Below, in pieces: positions 25,031 through 38,243 of a DNA stretch of 64,000 bases. The notes under the pieces were generated by a model. It had not been told where the DNA came from, made no database searches, and saw only the letters and a list, made by a program, of their open reading frames with translations. Each line of letters opens with the position of its first letter. Positions within the stretch are counted from its first letter, which is position 1. Source of the stretch: Chara braunii (taxonomy: Eukaryota; Plantae; Charophyceae); NCBI GenBank assembly GCA_003427395.1, contig BFEA01000046.1:455279-519278 (forward strand), given 5' to 3'. A program made the translations under genes and the position numbers.

Positions 25031-26816
25031 ACCTTTTCATTACACACTGACTTAGTGGTAGCCTTAGATTTAGTTAAGCAGAAAAATTTTTGAGTGAGAT
25101 CGGGATATTGAGATTATTCTCCGTGGTCTACCTTTTCATTAGGCACTGATTTAGGGGTAAATTTAGATTTAGTTAAGTAGAAGGATTTTTTAGTGAGATC
25201 GGGATATTGAGATTATTCTCCGTGGACTTATAGGTTTACCTTGGGACATTGACCTGTCTTGTGTTACAGGTCCTTTGGATCGCTTGATTCGAGATCAGGA
25301 TTAGGTTCAGCAGGTTCCTTGAGGATCACCTTCTGTTATCACTGATAACTGGTCGGTTGTCGATTCGTCGGTCTACGATTCAACTCCAATTCATTCTCAA
25401 TACTTAACCTAAAAAGGTTTTAGTCCTGATGATTTTTGTTGTTTCATTAAGGTTTTACCCGGACTTTTATTGAATGGCTTTTTAACAAAGTTAATTATGG
25501 TTGGTTGGACAAGGGTTGGGGCTTGCATGGCTGAAGCGAGGGGTATGAGTATAGAGGTTGGTTGAAGTTGACTCTATGTAGTGCTTGGATTTTTTTGGGT
25601 GACTTTTTGATGTGATTGCAGGTATGTACTGTGGTTCTGATTTTGGATTTGACTGTCTCCGATCACACATATACATATGGCTGTGAGGAGTCCCACTTTG
25701 ATTGTGAAAAGTGATCGTCACATACTTATTCCTCTTTACATATATATATATGTATGTATCTATATTGTATCTATATTGGATATTCGCGTGGCCTGAGGGG
25801 CCTACACTTAAGGGTTGAATTCGGGTTGAGATTGAGAAAGGGAAGAAAACCCCTCTATGTGGTGTATTATTCTTAAAGATTTCTTAGTCGGACGTTGGTC
25901 CTGGGCCTGGATTCGAGGTCCTTGTCCAGGACATCCTAGGCCCTAGACTCTGCATGGAAGGGATCTCCTCCTGCGCAGAGCCTATTTGCCCTGCCTACGG
26001 AGACACTCAGCCTAAAGGCCGAAGGTGTCATGGCGGCCGCACCGCTATTCCTTCAGCCGTGCAATATCGTGAGGGGGTAGGCCCTCACGATACTTCGAGA
26101 GTGACACTTGAGTGTCATAAGTGGTGCTCGGATCCACGAAGGACCGCTTGATTATGGGCACTACATAGTACGTCATTATTGCGACTGCTTGCGTATTCAT
26201 GCATTGCTAGTCGATATGATTTAGCCTTGCGTCCGCACGGTTTTGTACTAAAGTCTCGCGCGCGATAGCTATCCGATTTTCGCATCGGAAAGTTATGGGA
26301 TGGCTGCTAAGGGACTAGGAGTGTTGTCGCGTTGTATGTTTTGTGTCGTTTCGTGTATATGTATGTGTGTATGTTTTTATTATTATATTCTTTAGAGTGG
26401 TGTGCGCATCGCGTGTGGGATGCGTCCTAGTTGACCGGCGACGAGTCGCGCTAGGGATCTCGGCCCCCCCAGATGTCGATTCGCGTGCGGGTCCGATAGA
26501 GGAGTAAAGTCGCGCATACCCCTTATGGTATAACGTATGAGAAACCCCCTCGGCTGGTCCACCTCTGCGATTGCAACTGATCAGCTTTCGTACTGTGGAT
26601 TGGTAGCTCGTCGGGGATACGCCCACCGAAGGGAGGTGACAACTCCTTTAAGGTGGAGGTAAGTCGTGCCTGGCGTAGGCCCATCCTATCGTAGGGGCTC
26701 GCGAGAGGTATGGCTGGCGCACCCGCCAGGGACCTTCCTTGCCTTTTCCAACACAAAGGCTCCAGAGGTCGTGAACAGTCCCAGAAAGATAGCACATTGA
26801 GCGTCCTCTGGACTGA

Positions 26817-27596
26817 AATATATGCGATCAGATCGGGGAGTATATTGACAGGAAGGTCCCAGGCGGGTTGAGAGCACAAGCTCTCAGGAGGATAGCGGGA
26901 CGGCAAGCACCGCTTGCCACTTTCAGATTGTGGCAGGAGAGAGATGACCCGCCGATAAGAGTGGAAAAGATGGAAGGCGATGAGGAGGTGACTCAAAGAC
27001 TACAGGCGGAGACTATAAAGGAAGAACCTATAGCCGTCGAGTCGGACGATGAAGGTGAGGGTGAAAAGGTGGAGCCAGCGTCTGTCCTTTTGGGAAAGAT
27101 GGAAGATTTGTGTGACAAGGTGGGGCGGTACCGACAAAAAATAGCAGATATATGTAAAGAAGTGGAGGAATGGAGAGTCGGCATCCCCAAGGTCTTCCTT
27201 TATGATTCGGGTCCTGAATCTATGCCAGGGAAGCAAGGGTACCCTGGAGTTACCACGGTGACGGTGAGTTCAGGGCCAAGGTCTGGGATGACCCACAGAC
27301 CCCCTACTCCATTGGCACAAGCTGCATTGGCCGCACGGACTAGGGGACAAGGGCAGGGACGGAGCCAGGACCAGCCTCAGAAAGAGCCAGAGCCAGAACG
27401 CAGAAAGGAGCCTGTGGAAGTAGAGGATGACGATGATGAAGATGAGGAGGATGAAAGGCTTCGACAAGAGGAAGACAGGAGGGCCGAACAAAGGGCAAGG
27501 AAAAGGGGATCCCAGGAAGAAGCCGAGCCGGTTTTGCGCGATATAACGCCAAAGAAGAAGTATGCAATTCGGCTTGAAGAAGGGTTAGGCGTATAG
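26817..27596 (+). pseudogene. gag: C-terminal remnant of gag and gag-pol linker; most of gag is deleted
   Basis: In frame upstream of ORF 26868: NICDQIGEYIDRKVPGGLRAQ, similar to the post-zinc-knuckle motif of the downstream gag-like ORF; acidic/coiled-coil linker follows. Confidence 0.55.
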
Positions 27597-27599
27597 AGA

Positions 27600-30500
27600 G
27601 TGATTGACAAACTGATTGAGGGCCATAATGACCTTATGACCCTAAAGGAAATCCTGACATCTGCCCCAAGGCTCCGTAATGAGCTGAAGGGCAGGCTTTC
27701 GAGGCGTTTGGTACCAAGTGTCCATCTCAGTGTGATCCTGCCAAAGGAGGGAGAGTGGGCGGAGCCGGGGACAAAAATGGACTGGAAATGTGTGGCCTAT
27801 GGAATGGTGGATTTGGTGGTGAAGGGAATGAAGTGCGCAGCCATGGTGGACACAGGTGCCGAAATGAACATCATCAAGGAGGCTGACGCACGAAGGTTTG
27901 GGCTGGAGATTGACCGCTCAGATTGGGGCATTTTGCACGGGGTAAACTGCAAGGTTGTATTCTGCGGGGCGACCTCGAACGTGCTTATAGAGATTGGGTG
28001 GGTAAAGGTCGGGACGTGCTTTTTCGTTATGCCGGATGTGGACCATGCCATCCTCCTGGGGAGGTCGTTCCTATGCAGGACGAAGACCCTGATGTTCAAC
28101 AAACATGATGGGACACTGATCCTGATTCTATGTGATCCAGCGTGTGTGAATTACGAGATAATCACCTGCTGAAACACTGGACCACAAAGCATAAGGAATA
28201 GGCTCAACCTTGGTTCCTTCACTATTGAGGAGTCAGAGGACGAGCGTCGGAGACTCCTGGCGGAGCCTGAGGGAGAGGTAAGGGAGGAAGCGTTTTCACT
28301 CAGCGTATCTGATGTGAACAAGGCCATGGATATAGTGGCCACGCACGAAATGGCGGATCCAGACGCCATTCAGGCGTTGAGGGAACAAATCCTGGAATGT
28401 CCCCAAGCAGGGGAACCGACTTCCAAGGGGAAGAAAGGACTCTACTATGACGCAGGCGCAGACGGTTAGTCGGCCTTTTTTAGGGAACGACTCAAGCAGG
28501 GTTCCCAAAGGCGGTACAAAACGATAGATAAAAAGTGCCACCCAGTTCCCGTTTTCATTACTGAAGATGAGGAGGTACATTATGAGCGGGAACGAGGTTT
28601 GATACGAGAGATGAAGGAGGGAGCCTCAGTAGGGTCATGCCGTATTAACGAGGGGAACAAAGGGAAGTTGATTGTAGGAGAGCCTGACTTCCTACTGCCC
28701 CAGGAAAGAGTGCTAATGATAGAATGAATGAAGAGAACGCATCGCGCCTATGCGTTTAGAGATCAGCAGCGTGACAGGTTGGATGTGGACAAGATTCCCA
28801 TGATCCGCATCCATACCGTGCCGCATGAGCCATGGAACTTGAGAGGGGCGCGATATCCTAATCCTGACGAAGAGAAGAAGGTGGTAGATTACCTCGATGG
28901 CAAGATACGCACACACGTTGCCGGTTATTCGAGAGGACCATACGCGTCCCCTTGGTTTTGTTTTATCAAACCTAATGGGACATTGAGATGGGTGCAAGAT
29001 TTGCAAAGGCTGAATGCGGTGTGCGAGATGCAGGAGGCTTGCCGAATGCGGATGCGCTGTCGGAATCATGTGCTGGGAGGCCAATAATCTCACTTATTGA
29101 CCTCGATTCCGGATACGACCAGTTTTCGGTCTATCCGCAAGACAGACCAGTAACAGCGATGCATACGCCTCGAGGGCTTATCCATATTAACGTGGCTCCA
29201 AAAGGGTGGACGAATGCTGTGGCGATGGTTCAGAGGCATATGATTCGAGCCATGCAAACAACTAGTCCGCATATTACGCAGCCATATATCGACGACTTGG
29301 CAGTAAAGGGACCAAGAAGGAGACAGGACGATGAAGTATTGCCAGGAGTAAGGTGTTTTGTCTGAAAGCATATTCAGGACCTTAATAAAGTCCTGAATTT
29401 GCTTGAAAAACATAACCTTACGGCAAGTGGAGCCAAATCTAGACATTGCACGAGGGAAGCTACCATCTTGGGATCCATCTGTAGTGAGAGTGGCCGACGG
29501 CCAGATGCTAAGAAGACGGACAAGATTATTGAATGACCAGTACCATTCCATTCGATAACAGATGTCAGGAGCTTCCTCGGCACATGTGGATTACAAAAAT
29601 TTTGTTGTCAAGACAGAGCATTTGAGGAAGTTGGTACGTCAGAATCAGGAATGGATCTGGGGTGAAGATTAGGAGAATGCGGTGGCAAGAATGAAGGAGG
29701 AGTTTCGGGAAGGAGGACTGGTATTAGGGGCGTCGGACTGTGACGCTACGGAGGTAAGGCCATTCATTGTTGAGACGGATGCTGGACCAACTGCTTTTGG
29801 CGGAGTTTTGATCCAGGCAGATATTGAAGGAAAGGAGAGACCATTGCGCTTTGAGAGCCGAACTCTGCGTACGACAGAGAGAAATTACTCTCAGTTCAAG
29901 AGGGAGACTCTCGCTGTCCTTCACTGCCTACGGATTTTTCGAAATTACATCTTTGGCAGAAGATTCATATTGAGGGTGGATCCGACGGCTTTAGCCTTTT
30001 CCCTAAGGAACTACGTTCCATCAAATCCAACGGTTGCCAAATGGCTAACGTACATCTGGATGTTCAACTTTGAGTTGGAGCGGATCCCTAGGAGTAAGAA
30101 TAGAGCAGACGGGCTAAGTCGCATCAACTGGGATAAGCAGGAAGGGGGGGCGATAGAGGATATGCCCCCAGTTGATGGCTTCTTGGATCAGGAGGAGGAC
30201 ATCCTTCATATTAATGAGTGGTCCCCACGAGTGCCTAGTTGCGTTGGTCATCCCATCTGGCATGCGTCAAAGGGGTATGAGCAAAAGGTAGAATTGGTGC
30301 TCAAGCCTTTTGAAGAGGATCCCTGGGGTGGCAAGGATGTCCAATGGATGATGAAGTTGGCGCTCGTTGGCAAGCATAGTCTGGTGGAAGAGATAAGGAC
30401 GATAGAGGAAGGTCCAGACCAGGTAAAGAGGCACGAGGAGCTGATGGGAGGAATGTACCTCCTCGTCAATACACTTCTGCAGGAAACCTCTGATCCGATA

Positions 30501-31850
30501 GGCTCATTAAATCTGACTGAAGGAGAAGATGTTGTGCCAAAAAGCCAGGATGACGAGTTTGAAGAAGGAGAGATCAAAGAGGCCTTCCGTGCAAAGGAGT
30601 ATGATGGAATTTACCTGGAACTAGGGCTTCTGCTATCATGCGAGATAAGAACTAGGGATGCAAGTGAAATAGCCCAGAGGATGAAGCACCTCTATCTAGT
30701 GAGAGATGGTCATTTCTTTGTAAAGAGGCAAGTGGGGAACCCAAGAAGGCTCATGTGTGGAAGAAATCGCCAGATAGACGTGATAGTTGCGCTTCACGAT
30801 GGCATTACAGGAGGGCATCGAGAGGTCAATGCCACATATATCAAGATAAGCGAGCTGTATTACTGGGATGGAATGATGGAAATGGTGGTCAAGTATTGTC
30901 GATCCTGCGTACCCTGTCAGGAGAGGTCTCCCTTAAGGTCTGAAGAACTTTTGCATCCGAGATTGGAGAAGGAAGTAGGGGCCGTGGTACATCTGTACTT
31001 GCTATTCATGCCGATCGGGGATCATGGCTACAACTACATCTTCGATGCACGAGATAACCTTACTGGCTTTGTGGATGGTCGGACCAGTCGTAGAAAGACC
31101 GATCTGGTCCCCGTAAGTTGCATCGAAGAATACTACCTACGTTATGCTTTCGTCCGAGAGTTCGTGATGGACAGGGGATCAGAGTTTACTTGCCAGGAGG
31201 TGCAGGATTATTGGAAGGGTATGGTGTGGTGGCCAACTATACTACGGTTGCCCACCCACAAGCAAACGCTCCGGTTGAAAGAGGGCATAGCACCATTACG
31301 AACCTTCTGGCTAAGTGGACTGAAGGTTCGCCTAATCAGTGGCCAAGGTACCTGAGAGCGACGTTCTTCGTCGAGAATGTCATGGTGAAGAGGACCACTA
31401 AGCATGCGCCAACTATGCTATGGTATGGAAGGCATGCTACGTTCCCAATTCAGAGCTTCCTGAAAACCTGGAGGCGCCAGGACCTAGAGACCAACTTGTC
31501 TTTTGAAGAGTTGCTTGACATTCGGGCCCGACAGGTGGGGGCAATTGAGGAAAGATTCAAGAGGCATCGAGTCAAGTGGAAAGGAGTCGTATGGATGATA
31601 AGGTTCGTTGGGACCAAGCGACGCGCATGCGGAAGATGCCTTTGAGGGTGGGGGACGTCGTGTTGTAGTACGACTCATCGCTGAAAAAGCAGTGGTCCAG
31701 AAAGCTTGATAAAAAATGGTTGGGGCCCTATCGGATCATGCGATGTGGAGAGTTTAGCGCTTACCAGATTGAAGAGTTGGATGGGACAGAGTGGAAGGAT
31801 TGGGTGTCAGGGACTCGACTCAAGAAGTTCGTAGCCAGAGAAGAGGTGAG
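27600..31850 (+). pseudogene. pol: Gypsy pol: protease, RT, RNase H, integrase (stops and frameshifts)
   Basis: AMVDTGAEMN (PR); PYASPWF, IDLDSGYDQF, YIDD (RT); ETDAG...NYSQFKRETLAV (RH); HDG..GGH...CxxC, VMDRGSEF, VERGH (IN); WLGPYRI. Confidence 0.95.
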
Positions 31851-32057
31851 ATAAGGGTCCTAAAAACCCCATCGTAGTATGTAGTTAATAGGAAGAGTGC
31901 GAAGGTTGTTAGATACGATAAAAGAGTTAGGGATGGAGTTTGGCTGTGTATGTATGGTTTGACCTGAGCCTGCTATGCCCCACCTGTATGCTTACTCCTT
32001 TGTGTGCCCATCGTCTCATTTCGCCTGTTGTGCAGATCTGACTTTGCGAAGACAGCC

Positions 32058-34591
32058 ATGCCAAGAGGAGGGAGGGAGATGCGGCCATCGAGGAGACCAT
32101 CGGGGGCATTAGGGGGACATGAGCGGCATGGATCTTACCAGAGGGAGCATACACCAATACGCGACAATGGGGAGATAGAGCTATTTCTGGACAATTTCAG
32201 GAGTTATGCGAGTCGCAGGAGATGGACTGTAACTCGCATGATTGAAAGGTTGAGGGGAGCGGGACACTTGTCAGAGCCCATTGCGCGGATCTGTGAGGAG
32301 GCGAGGACTTGGCAGGAAGTAGAGTTGGCGATGCAAAGACTGAGGCCTTCACCGGAAGGGGTAGACGGGGAGCCGATCCGTCTCCAGATTGGGAATGTGG
32401 AGGAGTTTATCCCGACTTTTGAGCGATTTTTGCACGAGCAAGGTATCCTGAGGGACCAATGGATGCAAACGTTTCCACTATGGACGAGGAGAGCAGAGAG
32501 ACCATTGGCCCGAGAGATCCGGGATAGGGCGTGAGACTAGGAAGGTTGTAGGGCGCACTTGAGGGAGGCCTTTCGGAGGCCAGAGCCAGTACTACCACAA
32601 CCTAGGGTTGAGAGGCGGCAGAAAAGTAAGCGGCAAAGGGAACGTGAGCCTAGGGAAGCCGCCCCTAGTCGAGGAGGACGGAAGGCACTGACACGGCGAG
32701 ACAAGGAGCCCGCCCAACCTGCAAAGGAGCCAGGCATGTATCCGGATTGTGGACTGGGACCAGTGGCTTTTCAGCCTTTCACTGAAGGGAGGTTACGGGA
32801 GCCTCCACAACAGGTGTCAGAGGAGGTTGTGCCGACAGAGGATTCTCTACAGAGCTTGGAGGCGCACTTGGACGCCTCGCAGTGGAAGGTGCCCCAGACC
32901 AGTGGAGGTCAGGAAGTCGGGCCCTGCACCCGGAGTGAGCAGCAAGCAGGGGAGGTGATCGAGATAGGAGAGGATACTCCTCCACAACAGTTAGCCTCTG
33001 CTCCAAAAATGGAGGCCGAGCCGATGGATGTTCAGAAAGGGGGAGGGGAGCCTCAGCGGGGAGAGACACCACCACCAACCCCAGATACGATTCGATCGTC
33101 AGAGGTGAGAGTAGAGACAGAGCTGGAGGAGACAGATTGGAGGAGGGAGGTAGTCTCTATAGTGGACAAATATTTGGCAGCGCATGCTGAGGAGCACCTT
33201 GATCTAGGTGGGGCTCCAGTGGAGGAGCCATTGCAAGAACCCCATCCCCTATAAATGGAAGTACAACCTGAGGCCCCATTGGATGACATCCGCCCTGTAG
33301 GAGGGAGAGCACATCCGAGGGAAACGGTTGAGGAGAAGAGGGTCAGGACAGGCAAACGTTTGGAGGAGATATGGCAGGAGAGGCAAAGGTTGGAGGCAGT
33401 AGGGGCACTTTCGGACCAACCGCCCAGCGTACCGGCCAAAGCCCCTGGAATTTCAAACATGTGGAGAGAGTTTTAGGAGCAGAGGGCTGAAGGACTCACT
33501 TCGCCGACGAGAGCTGGTTTCGGGATAGCCAGGCAGGCGGAGGAGAGTCTGGATCGCAGAATCCGGTTTCTAGCCAGGACGAACTTCAATATATATTTGA
33601 TGTTGGAGGGTGATCTGGCAGGAAAGAAGATAAAGGAAGAAAGTCATGGGGTACGCCTTGAAGCATTGGAGGCAGAGATCCAAGAACTCAGGACATTAGT
33701 AACTGGTCAGGCCGCCATCATTCAGGACCTGTTGGAGGAAAGCAAGAAGAGGCGGGCACCCATGAGGGCAGTGGACCAGACGAAAGGGGCTCGATACGAC
33801 GTTCGGAACAGGTGGCTCAAGGATCTGGGCAGCCATCTGAGGCATGACCTTCCCAGGGGCCGTCCCTTGGAAAGGTCATCCTGGAACCAGAAGAGGCTAA
33901 GGCAAAAAGGGAAGTGGAGAAGGAAGCCTTCGTGTTCAAGGCCCCGACGGAGTTTGCAACCCTACCAGTGGAGTTTTTGGGAGTCATGCCGACATCCTCG
34001 CCAATGCCAGGCAAAGAGGGACCACATGGAGCCGCTAGTGAGCTAGCACAGGGATCAATGGAGGGGTCCATGGGTGTGCTTCTAGAGGCGCTTGACACTA
34101 TGCAGGAGGAAGCAAGCACACCTATGCCCGAGTTGGGCACTGAGATTGTAGGCGAGGACCTGCCGGCGGTGGTATCAGGAGAGACGCGGGAGAGCATGCC
34201 GCAGAGATTGGATACGCCTGAGTACATTCCAGAGGTGGGTGATCTGAGGAGTAGACTGGGATCTTGGGCTACCGGATCTGGTTCTCGGGATAAGGCCTCT
34301 AATTCAAAGCAGCAGGAGGTTGCCAGTGCTGTGGTTGGATCCCCATCATCGTCGCCACGACGGCCAAGAAAGAAGAAGTTCAAGAGGAAGGTTGATCAAC
34401 TCTGCTTCTTTTGCAAGGATGGCGTACATTGGGCCTTCGAATGTCCTAAGTTCCTCGAGGACAAGGCGGAAGGGAAGGTCTCAGAGAGTGCTGGAAAGAT
34501 GTATGATAGACAGGGTCGAGTGGTAGAGAGATCTGCAGATGGGGGTAGAGCTCAGTTTTATAGACAAAACGAGGAGAAGATGAGTGAGTAG
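32058..34591 (+). pseudogene. Second gag-like ORF downstream of integrase
   Basis: Gag-capsid-like segments (IELFLDNFRSYA; VEEFIPTFERF...LREAF), acidic/Pro linker, coiled coil, zinc knuckle CFFCKDGVHWAFEC; in-frame stops and a frameshift. Confidence 0.75.
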
Positions 34592-37500
34592 GGACTGGTC
34601 TACCTATATGACTGTCATATCACTCTGAGGATTTGAATCTAGAATTAGGATGTACTCTTTAGACTTAGGGGATTGTGCTGCTTTTTGTTAATAGTTTTCA
34701 GATTTGGAGTTTTTGCATCTACGATGGGGTTGTTCTTAGTGTTATAAGGATCAAGACGCAGTAAATAAGGCATGTATATATCTAGGTAGCCTGTTCCCTG
34801 ATTCTTGAGAGACAGACTCAGTTTATGTTTGAGGGTTGCATCAGTATGAGATTGATTTTGTTTGAGTTGAGTGAATCATGAATTTGGATTACTACTAGTA
34901 TTTCTGGATGAGATATCTCATCCCTAAGTGTATATCGAGGAAGGATTGTTGAGACCATCTCTTATATATGACGATCACTCTCGCTCTCACATGTGTGGTT
35001 TTGTCTTGATGTATGGTGGTTTTGTGTGAGAGGTGCATGAGAAACATCTCGTACTTTTATTGTGTATTTCGCGAATATGAATGGATGTCAACTGTCTACT
35101 CTTCGGTATACTCGTGCGATTTGCCCACGGGCGGGTGATACGGCCGGGTATAAGAAGAGGGAGTGCAATTTGTTTCGTGAAAGAGTTTGGGAATCCAAAA
35201 GGATTTAAGAGTCTTTGAAACTTGAACGCTTTACCATGCCGAATGTTTATTATTGAGTTGTGATGAAGACCCATAAGTTGGTCCCTCAGTTTGAGTTGTT
35301 TTATGGTGGAGACGCCTTTGAGTAGGAAGACAGTCTTTTATTTATTTGGAGACTCATCTTCAGAGAGGGAAGATGTTTAAAAAAAAAAGGGCAGTGTGAA
35401 AGTTCATCCTAGAGAGAGGGATGACTGGGAGACCTATGAAGTGGGGCCTCCTTCTTATGAAAGGTGGTTAATAGATTTAAATGGCATGGAAAGCAGATTC
35501 TGAATAATAAAGACAGACAAGAAGAACCAAGTTTTTGTTTGGTCATTGGAGGAATTTTTCGATGTCGCAAAATGGTTCATTTTTTTGGGAGATGTCATCG
35601 AGATATGTGACTTTATGACTCTGATCAAGTTGGGAGGTCACGGCCTTGTGAATCTGGCGGTGATTCTGTTTTGTGATTGTGGAGAGGTTGCCGTGTTTCT
35701 TTGTGTTGTCCCACAGAGGACTGGTAAATACCTTTTATGTGTGATAGACCTTTGCGTAGTCCCGCAATAGGCCTATATTGTTGCGACACACCGCCAACCA
35801 TTTGTGTTAATCTTGGGCATTTAAGAGAGACCCAACTAGGGGTATAACTGGCATCACTAGGACGTAACTCCTAGTGTTGGTTGTTGATCGGCGTAACCTG
35901 ACCAGCGGGCCTGCGTCTTACCAAGGGAGTAAAGACTTAAAGGGTGTGGAAGCCTATGAGGGTTTTACTTCTGCGGAACGATGTGGGATAAGGGCTGAGT
36001 CAAATGAGTCTTTTGAGTCCTGATTGAATGCTTATCAGGAGAAAGCCTATCATGGCGCAACCTGCGAGGGCACTACCGGTAAAATAACAACGCGGTGGGC
36101 CGTAGATCAGGCTTGATCACCCAGACTATGTTGGGCCAAGATGGAGACCTGACCTTCCTGTACTAGATTGCAGGAAGAGATAAGATTTATGTATATATAT
36201 TTTGTTTGGCTGTGAGAATTGTTGGGAGGGAGGCGAGAATGCCTTCGAAGGTCTCGGTTAGGGCCCGCGTTCCTAGTTATGGCCCTGCAAGCAGGGTAGA
36301 GACTTAGGACACCTACCGAGAAGCCGACGTTTGTCTAGAACAAAGGGGAGAGGACAGTTGAGGAATCCATTAAGACTTGTGCTGTAGTATAGTGATGAGT
36401 ATCCCACGGTCCTAGTGTCATGACAATGGAAAACCAGGTTGGAATCCTGACAGCATAAAGTTGTGTTTTGACACGGATTGATGGACGCCTCAAACCGAAG
36501 TCTGTCGACTATTCGGATTGGTTTCTTTCTCGTCAGCATTTTGGATTATGAATGAGCTGATAGCTTTCTGATTTGGCGATGCGACGGGGACGTCGCTTAA
36601 TATGGTCCGGTAAGTTGTCCGTGCGAATAACCTTACACGGGTATCCGCCCTGGTTTTTTGCAAGCGACAGAAAATAAGTTTGGTTTAAAGTTTTAGTATA
36701 TCGCGTGAGGCGCAGCTGAGGCTGTGCTTTACGTGACTAGGTGGCTGGCTAGAATAGAGAGTGTGTGGGCGCGCAGTTTAGAGGCCCGAGTGATCTTTAT
36801 TTTTGATAACTGTAGGACCGGCGTGATCGCTGGTCATATTTAATTTTTTCTGATTAAACTAGGACTTCAAAGGTTGTCTTGCGATTGGTGCGCTTGCTTG
36901 TGGCTTGTGAGTACGTGCGAAGGACGACATCGACGGCGACATGGTTCGGTATAGTCGCGCGGTGGACGCGGAAGGTTGGTGGCCGTGAGTTCTGATAGGC
37001 CGGTCTGAGGAATTGAAACGTTTCGGTAGAACTGCATGTCGCATAGTATCCTTTAATCTAGGTGTCCGCTAATACTAGACCCAACCTTGGGCCTAACACT
37101 ATTGATTACGACGTCGAACTTTCATCCGGGGAATTCAGGGAATCGAGGCCAGCGGGCGACGACACGGGAATATTGGAGCGGCGAGAGGAAAACCGATGGG
37201 TTAAGGGCCCGACGAGGCTATCCCCGTGGGTTTGTGGGTTACAAAGTTGGGTGTCGGGGCCAAAGGCGGTATTAATGAGCCCCGCGTTTTCCTTCCTATT
37301 GTCGTGCGACTTTTGTTTCGCAGTAATTGTTCTGTTATTATTATTATTATTATTGCTATCCTTGTTATCTCTTTCAAAGCTGGGCGAGGGCGGTATCGGG
37401 ATCGATAATGGTCAATGAGCGTGTCAAATACCGTGGTCAGCCTGGTAGAGTCGTTCCCATGGCGGGCCTTGAAGTCCCTACCTCCAAAATTTGCTACTGT

Positions 37501-37869
37501 CATCGAAATCGGCACCAAAGGCAGCGCGGCGGGCTTGCAGTGGGCCCTCGCCCCCTGAATCCGTAATGTGCATATGAGTTGGGAGTGATTTAGCCACAAA
37601 GGAGAAAGAACCAGATTGGCGTAGTCCCCCTACATTATGTTCCCCGCAGGCTGCTAAGTGGGGGTGGAGCGTAAGCAAGCTCTTTGGGGCCCAACAGAAG
37701 GGGAGTTGTGCCTGGGCGGAATAGTCCAGGACACAGTGGCGAAGGCCTCAGGCTGCGTACAGCAGGCCAGCCACATGGAATTTTCCCTCGCCCCAGTCTC
37801 CAGAGTTCTCAGATTACTTTTTGCTGCTATCGCCAAGGTCTGCACTAAGGTCGCCCCACCTGAGCCCAT

Positions 37870-38113
37870 GCTTCAACCACGGCAACGGAGCCGCACCTTG
37901 ATCCCGCAATCTGCCTCGGGAGATGTAAGCAGGTGTATGCCCGTTGGGGCCCCGAAAGGCGGGGCGGGACAGAGGGAGTCTAGGGGGAGGTTGCTGCACT
38001 GCGGATGCATAGGGGACAGTCGTCGGACTCGGGTATAGGGGTGAAAGACTAATCGAACAGTCTAGTAGCCGGTTTTCCTCGGTGCTTTTTCTTCGAAGGA
38101 AAAAACCAGGGCT
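37870..38113 (+). other. 28S/26S rRNA domain II fragment inside 3' LTR
   Basis: cgtcggactcgggtataggggtgaaagactaatcgaacagtctagtagccggtt. Confidence 0.85.
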
Positions 38114-38128
38114 ACGAGTTGGCGCTAA

Positions 38129-38243
38129 GTTCTTTAGGACATCCGTTAAGATTGGAACGATACAGAGAAGATTTGCATGGCCCCTGCGCAAGGATGACAC
38201 GCATAAATCGGGAAGAAAATGGTTGACTGCTTTGTTTTTTTTT
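38129..38243 (+). ncRNA. U6: U6 snRNA-like sequence in 3' LTR (AGC triad mutated to UGC)
   Basis: ggacatccgttaagattggaacgatacagagaagatttgcatggcccctgcgcaaggatgacacgcataaatcg...T-tract. Confidence 0.92.

Larger units (their letters stand above)
19692..26641 (+). repeat. 5' giant LTR (~6.95 kb)
   Basis: Starts tgtcggtgcgaat, ends gggaggtgaca (TGTC...GACA); collinear with 36616-43802. Confidence 0.8.

Noticed and set aside
26601-26618. PBS-like tggtagctcgtcggggat
   Set aside because: Lies inside the repeat in both copies and is not preceded by CA; no confident tRNA match
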